From assembly GCA_963663765.2 (NCBI GenBank), contig CAXXUA010000015.1:224001-288000 (forward strand): 64,000 bases of DNA. Direction: 5' to 3'. Below are positions 58,635 through 64,000 of this stretch, one piece after another. This DNA is from Candidatus Poribacteria bacterium. Lineage in GTDB: Bacteria; Poribacteria; WGA-4E; WGA-3G. Made by a program: the position numbers and the translations under genes. The notes beneath the pieces are model-generated. The model was not told the DNA's origin, did not search any database, and worked only from the letters and a program-made list of their open reading frames with translations. Within the stretch, counting starts at the first letter, position 1. Each line of letters starts with the position of its first letter.

Positions 58635-59366
58635 TTAACCTCGACCAATATAGAGTTGTCCGACAGGTAACACCGTTGCTTCCAACATATTGATATTCGG
58701 AGGCAGTGTCGCCATAAGGACAGCAGCTTTTGCAAGTTCGTCAACTTCCATCATCGGTTCAGAAGGTGGATATGGCTTGTCCTGAACACGTTCAACAAGC
58801 GTATTACCCGGTTGCAGGCAGCTTGCAGTTATCCCGTGTGGTCTTCCTTCAAGTGCTATGACCTGAGTCAATCCCCATATACCAAACTTACTTGCACTGT
58901 AGGGCGCACTTCTTGGACGGACTCGGTGTGCAGAGATACTGCCAACGTTTATGATCCGTCCCCCTTGACCTTGTACCTTCATAATCCGCATCGCTTCTCT
59001 TGAACAGAGAAAAGGTGCACGTAGATTTACTCCGATCACCTTGTCCCATGCTTCTGTTGAAAGTTCATCTATCGGACCGCCATCAAACGCACCAGCATTG
59101 TTGACAAGAATATCCAAACGTTCATATTTTGACATCGCTTTTTCAAAGAGTGCGATTATTTGATCTTCCTCGGTGACATCAGTAGGCACAGCAAGTACTT
59201 CTGTTCCTATTTCGCGAAGTTCATCCGCAGTTTTTGTCAGTAATTCAGTATTTCTTGCAGCAATTGTTAGCTTAGAACCTTCCGTAGCAAAACCCTTTGC
59301 AATTGCTTTCCCAATTCCTCTGTTGCCACCTGTTACAATCGCAACTTTTCCATCTAATTTTCCCAT
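58635..59366 (-). CDS. Short-chain dehydrogenase/reductase
   Basis: TGGNRGIG, LVNNAG, YSASKFG. Confidence 0.95.
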   Translation of the reverse strand: MGKLDGKVAIVTGGNRGIGKAIAKGFATEGSKLTIAARNTELLTKTADELREIGTEVLAVPTDVTEEDQIIALFEKAMSKYERLDILVNNAGAFDGGPIDELSTEAWDKVIGVNLRAPFLCSREAMRIMKVQGQGGRIINVGSISAHRVRPRSAPYSASKFGIWGLTQVIALEGRPHGITASCLQPGNTLVERVQDKPYPPSEPMMEVDELAKAAVLMATLPPNINMLEATVLPVGQLYIGRG

Positions 59367-60077
59367 ATAGATTTCTCCTTTACCAATTCCAACAAGTAAC
59401 CTTCCGTTCTATTTGCTTGTACCTTTTCATTTGCAAGCCGCATTGACTTGAGATGTGCATGTAGAAATGCTAAATCATCAGGTGTATCAACATCGTACCA
59501 AGGCGGTAGCAGCGTTAACTTCGCTGATACTGTATGGACGCGCTCAACTGTCTGCAGGAATACATGCTCAGTACTCCAAGCAATGTCTTCAAAAGTGTAT
59601 GGCACCATTGTATTTAATTTGTTTGTAGAAAATCCGATGAGGTAATAGCCACCATCCATACTTGGTCCCAGAACAACATCAGAAGTGTTAAGGCTGTCAA
59701 TCCCTTGTGATACATAAGATAGTGGAAGTGTAGGACTGTCAGAACCTACAAATAGTATTTTATAATAACCTTTCTCAGCTGCCCACAGTGTTGTGTTTGT
59801 TAGACGTTCACCAAGGTCAGTGCCTTTTTGTGGAACATAGGTAAAACCATCACCAATTAAATGCTGTAAATCAGATAAACCTTCCGGTGGTGCATAAGCA
59901 ATGATGAAATCTACATTACAAAGCATCTTGATAGTCTCACACCAATCTAATAGAAATGTACGATACAATGACGCTGCTTGTATTGGAGATAATGTTGGAA
60001 TTAATCTTGTTTTGACTTGATTCGGTTTCGGGTTTTTGGCAAAAAACGATCAAGCATGTATCAGCTATTATTTTCAT
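59354..60077 (-). pseudogene. TIGR04282/DUF2064 glycosyltransferase-like protein, frameshifted near the N-terminus (T6 run)
   Basis: LIVF[AK]NPKPNQVKTRL needs T5 rather than T6 at 60041-60046; QKGTDLGER, GSDSP, LGPSMDGGYYLIG, WST, DVDT. Confidence 0.75.
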
Positions 60078-60097
60078 CGTATGTGACAATCAAAGAG

Positions 60098-60814
60098 TCA
60101 AACATTGGTAAAATACTCTGGATGATTTGATGTAATACCTTGAACACCATATTTCAACAATTCACGCATTCTTCTTACGTCGTCTACTGTCCAACTCCAA
60201 AGAGATATTCCACGTCTGCGGACTTCAAAAGCGAATTCCGGTGTAATTATTTGGTGATTTACGTTTAGTAAATTACTTCCAATTGAACCGAGTTTTTGAC
60301 AAAGATGAACAGGATTTGTGTTACCATTTCCACTTCCAATTAACCATCCCGTTGGTATTTGTGGTTCCATTGCGCGTGCTGTTTCTATTACTCCTATTTG
60401 AAATGATATGATAACAACCATCTCAAGTAACTTCATTTCAGTAATCTTGTGGACAACCGATTTAGTAATTGCACTATCCTTTATTTCCAAGACAGCAATT
60501 GTTGTGCCTGTAATACATTTTAATGCTTCTTCCAGTGTAGGGATTGTTTCATCCGCGAATTGTGGACTAAACCAAGTTCCTGCGTCTGCTTGTTTGATAG
60601 TGTTTAGAGTAGTTTGGTTTATATGTCCAGTGATGTTTGTAGTTCGGTCTAATGTTGGGTCGTGAATTGCTACGATTTCACCGTCAATTGTTCCATGCAA
60701 GTCAAGTTCAATTGCATCTACACCAATATCAATAGCTTGTTTGAAAGCAGCACAAGTATTCTCTGGTGCGATTCCAGATGCACCGCGATGTGCAATCCGA
60801 ATCCACGAGTACAT
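60098..60814 (-). CDS. Glycerophosphodiester phosphodiesterase
   Basis: IAHRGAS..APENT, ELD, HD.TLDRTT, WTVD, GITSNHP. Confidence 0.93.
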   Translation of the reverse strand: MYSWIRIAHRGASGIAPENTCAAFKQAIDIGVDAIELDLHGTIDGEIVAIHDPTLDRTTNITGHINQTTLNTIKQADAGTWFSPQFADETIPTLEEALKCITGTTIAVLEIKDSAITKSVVHKITEMKLLEMVVIISFQIGVIETARAMEPQIPTGWLIGSGNGNTNPVHLCQKLGSIGSNLLNVNHQIITPEFAFEVRRRGISLWSWTVDDVRRMRELLKYGVQGITSNHPEYFTNV

Positions 60815-60820
60815 AATTTC

Positions 60821-62260
60821 TTAATCCTTTTTAGTAGTAATGTTGTGTTGTTTTATCTTTTTTATGAGTGTGGTTCGACTCATTCCAATTAATTCTGCTG
60901 TTTTACTGTGGTTATTTGAACATTCATCTAATGCAAGTCTTATGATGGTCTTATCTAATAATGTGATGACACTGTCATAGATTTTTTCTCCACCGTTTGC
61001 GATAGCTGCTTTAGAAATGTCTTGAATGACAGATTTAAGTAATGTTTCCAACTGAAGCGACTCAGGTATGGTTTCTGTTATATTTGTATGGATTTCTGTG
61101 GGTAAGTCTTCTGGTAGTATTACATCTGAGCGTGAGAATGCAGCAGCACTTCTAAGGCAATTCTCCAACTCGCGAACGTTACCGGGCCAAGAGTAATTTT
61201 GTAAGAGTTCCATACCTTCATCAGAAATTCCCCGTATAGGTTTACCGATGTCATTTTGTATTAATTGCAGGAAATGGGTAATAAGTAAAGGAATATCCTT
61301 TTTTCGCTCTCTTAGGGGAGGAAGATGAAGTGAGATACGTTTGAAACGGTAGTATAAATCAGGTCGGAACTGACCAACATTTACCAATTGTCTTAATTCC
61401 TGATTGGTAGCAGCAATGACTCGGACATCAACTTTTAAGTTGTGAGTTGCGCCTAATCTTTCAATTTCATGTGTCTGTAATACCCGCAGTAATTTCACTT
61501 GCAATGCTGGACTCATATTTGCAATTTCATCAAGAAAAAGTGTGCCGCCGTCTGCGAGTTCAAACCTTCCGGGTTTACCTTCTTTTTTTGCATCTGTAAA
61601 TGCTCCAGGTTCGTAGCCGAACAGTTCGCTCTCTAAGAGTTCATCTGGTAGCGCCCCACAGTCAACGGGAATAAACGGCATATCTTTACGTTCGCTACCT
61701 GCATGAATTGCGCGTGCAACAAGGTCTTTTCCGGTGCCGGTTTCTCCTTCAATAAGGACTGTTGTGGTATTACTTGCTAACACACCGATGAGTTTGTAGA
61801 TTTCACGCATCTGTTCGCTTTTTCCAACGAGGTGATGTCCGCGTTTAACCGATGATGTATCAAGTTCTGTTTCAATCGGTAAAGTGCTTCTGACAGACTG
61901 CGTTTTAAATGCGCGTTCAAGAACGCTTTTCACGACATTCAAGTCAATCGGTTTTGGAACAAAATCAAATGCATGTAGACGCATCGCTTCAATAGTTGTC
62001 TCAACATCATCGTATGCAGTAATGATGACTACAATGACTGATGGATGATGTGTTCTAATCTCTGCTAAAGCGTCTAAGCCGCTCATTCCAGGTAAATTCA
62101 CATCGAGGAAAACGATATCAGGTTTGTCTGCTGCGATGCGGCGCAATCCTTCTTCGGCGTTGCTTGCGATGCTGGCAGCATGCCCTGCATCCTCAAGAAA
62201 CTGCTTAAATGCCCAACAGATTTTCTCATCATCGTCAATCACCAACACATTTTTCATCAT
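60821..62260 (-). CDS. Sigma-54-dependent response regulator (NtrC family)
   Basis: REC domain (IDDD, FLDVNLP), GETGTGKD, ESELFG..GAFTDA, FLDEI, WPGNVRELEN, C-terminal HTH. Confidence 0.95.
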   Translation of the reverse strand: MMKNVLVIDDDEKICWAFKQFLEDAGHAASIASNAEEGLRRIAADKPDIVFLDVNLPGMSGLDALAEIRTHHPSVIVVIITAYDDVETTIEAMRLHAFDFVPKPIDLNVVKSVLERAFKTQSVRSTLPIETELDTSSVKRGHHLVGKSEQMREIYKLIGVLASNTTTVLIEGETGTGKDLVARAIHAGSERKDMPFIPVDCGALPDELLESELFGYEPGAFTDAKKEGKPGRFELADGGTLFLDEIANMSPALQVKLLRVLQTHEIERLGATHNLKVDVRVIAATNQELRQLVNVGQFRPDLYYRFKRISLHLPPLRERKKDIPLLITHFLQLIQNDIGKPIRGISDEGMELLQNYSWPGNVRELENCLRSAAAFSRSDVILPEDLPTEIHTNITETIPESLQLETLLKSVIQDISKAAIANGGEKIYDSVITLLDKTIIRLALDECSNNHSKTAELIGMSRTTLIKKIKQHNITTKKD

Positions 62261-62278
62261 AGTCACCGTGTAATGTCA

Positions 62279-63562
62279 TTATGTCTTTTTTCGTGGTCCA
62301 CCTTCTATTGAGAGTAGAAAGTTTTTTCCATCTTCACTCATCTCAGGTTCTGTCGGTTCAGTTACTTTTTCTTCAAGTTTTTTCTTTAGTACCGGGTAAG
62401 AATCAACAATTGGTGTTGAATGAAGAGTAGTTAAAGCGGGTATATTTGATTTTGCAGCTGTGATTGCAGCTTCAAGTCGCTTGTATTTTTGTTCAATTTG
62501 TGTTGCGTCCCGTTTTTTAAAATCAGGTAAGATTTTATCAGCAAAGAGTTCTAAAGATTCACATATATCTTCATGGCGATTCATTCCTGCTTGTTGAATA
62601 AACACTACCTGATCTACTCCTGCATTTTCCATTATTTCTAAATGTTCTCTGACTTGGTCAGGTGTCCCGATTCCTGCCCGGGCTTCTGCTGGTCCTTGTT
62701 CGGATTGTTTATACAAACTCCATATATCAGTTTCACCGGGAATTTGTGATCCGTTGTAGTAGTAATGTGCAAGTGCAAACCGGAAGAAACGCAAACCATC
62801 TAAACCGCGTTCAATTGCAGTTTCTTCGTTTTCATGGCATGAGAAACCTGAGACCATCGCAATGTTAGGGTTGACCCTCTGTGTCAAAGGTGTGCATTCC
62901 TTCTCAAAAATCTCGTAGTATTCTTCAACCCAGAATTTAGCATCGTTGGCATCAATAAAGGCGAATGTCAGTGCGCCTAACCCGTATCTTGCAGCAAACC
63001 GGATGCTGTCTCTGCTTGAACAAGCTACCCAAGGTGGGGGATGTGGCGTTTGCAGCGGTTTAGGTACAACATTGCGAACTGGCATTGAGAAGTGTTTTCC
63101 ACCATATCCTGCATAAGGTGATTGCACCATCATTTTTGCGGTTTCACGAGTACATTCTTCCCACATCTCTCGTTTACACTTTGGATCAACGTTGAAACCA
63201 CCAAGTTCCATGTGAGATGCAGATTCACCTGTTCCCCATTCTACACGTCCGTTTGACACCAAATCAAGCGTTGCGATCCGTTCTGCGACTCGTGCGGGAT
63301 GGTTGTAAGCAGGTGGCATCAGGACTATACCATGCCCAAGTCGTATCTGTTTTGTGCGTTGGCTGCATGCGGCGAGGAATACCTCTGGTGCGGATGAGTG
63401 TGAATATTCCTCAAGGAAATGGTGCTCTACCTCCCAAATATAGTCAAATCCGATTTTGTCCGCTAATTCCACTTGGTCTAAGGCATCTTGAAATATTTTA
63501 TGTTCTGCCCCCTCGTGCCATGGTCGTGGGAATTGGTGTTCATAAAACAACCCAAATTTCAT
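62279..63562 (-). CDS. LLM-class flavin-dependent oxidoreductase (luciferase-like)
   Basis: MKFGLFYE, WEVEHHF, HPARVAERIATLDLVSNGR, PKPLQTPHPP. Confidence 0.93.
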   Translation of the reverse strand: MKFGLFYEHQFPRPWHEGAEHKIFQDALDQVELADKIGFDYIWEVEHHFLEEYSHSSAPEVFLAACSQRTKQIRLGHGIVLMPPAYNHPARVAERIATLDLVSNGRVEWGTGESASHMELGGFNVDPKCKREMWEECTRETAKMMVQSPYAGYGGKHFSMPVRNVVPKPLQTPHPPPWVACSSRDSIRFAARYGLGALTFAFIDANDAKFWVEEYYEIFEKECTPLTQRVNPNIAMVSGFSCHENEETAIERGLDGLRFFRFALAHYYYNGSQIPGETDIWSLYKQSEQGPAEARAGIGTPDQVREHLEIMENAGVDQVVFIQQAGMNRHEDICESLELFADKILPDFKKRDATQIEQKYKRLEAAITAAKSNIPALTTLHSTPIVDSYPVLKKKLEEKVTEPTEPEMSEDGKNFLLSIEGGPRKKT

Positions 63563-63618
63563 GTGATATTGATGTTTCCTTTCATTATACTTTTATGACA
63601 TTCTGAATGTATCAACTA

Positions 63619-64000
63619 CTATCCAAGTGCTTGCATTTCTTCTTCCGTTAACTCCCATTCAAAGATGTCTAAATTCTCACGTAAGTGTGCTTCTGAACCA
63701 GATTTTGGAATAGTAATGATACCTTTCTGTACCAACCACCGCAATGCGACTTGTGCTCCGGTCTTACCGTACCGATTACCGATTTCTGCTAATTTCGTGT
63801 CACCTACGATATTCCCTGCGCCGAGTGGTCTATGTGCAGTTATGGGAATATTAAGAGTTTCACAAAATATACGTAGCTCTTCTTTATTATGACGAATATT
63901 GTATTCGACCTGATTTGTACAAATCGGAAGATCAGAAATCTCACATGCCTGTTTTACCTGTTCAATACTGAAATTACTGATGCCGATGCTTCTCACCTTA
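63619..64000 (-). CDS. Aldo/keto reductase (3' part; runs off window end)
   Basis: RSIGISNF, NQVEY, AQVALRW, IPKS...RENL. Confidence 0.92.
   Translation of the reverse strand, partial: KVRSIGISNFSIEQVKQACEISDLPICTNQVEYNIRHNKEELRIFCETLNIPITAHRPLGAGNIVGDTKLAEIGNRYGKTGAQVALRWLVQKGIITIPKSGSEAHLRENLDIFEWELTEEEMQALG

Noticed and set aside
60821-62260. GAFTDA instead of GAFTGA as a sign of an atypical activator
   Set aside because: GAFTDA is a common natural variant among sigma-54 activators.
1-64000. rRNA, tRNA or known riboswitches
   Set aside because: No recognisable conserved motifs by eye; an Infernal/Rfam scan would be needed to exclude small RNAs.

Overview
AT-rich (roughly 39-40% GC by eye) bacterial chromosome segment. 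Secreted proteins ending in PVE(P/A)xGKLxxxW(G/A)x(L/I)K, LamG and WD40 proteins, a PhyH dioxygenase and many Gfo/Idh/MocA enzymes point to Candidatus Poribacteria (inference). Contents: (1) a rearranged accessory region at about 0.9-6.7 kb with two paralogous membrane-anchored genes that share a conserved 150-bp leader, an IS5-family element and gene remnants; (2) metabolic and housekeeping genes, including a strikingly eukaryote-like glutamine-dependent NAD synthetase and a GlmU-like/ARMT1 fusion; (3) a type I R-M defence island at 23.2-35.9 kb in which hsdS and hsdM are separated by a cargo of toxin-antitoxin and nuclease genes, most of them inactivated, including an uncharacterised two-gene module whose first gene occurs in three copies; (4) an ECF sigma/anti-sigma/HtrA-like operon; (5) at least seven families of MITE-like elements with distinct TIRs (clear TSDs in three families), most carrying GTAG-type REP hairpins. 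One MITE (54860-55938, perfect 9-bp TSD) holds a 17-unit hairpin array bracketed by two long stem-loops. No rRNA, tRNA, cas genes or true CRISPR array were seen. All family assignments come from motif recognition, not database searches.
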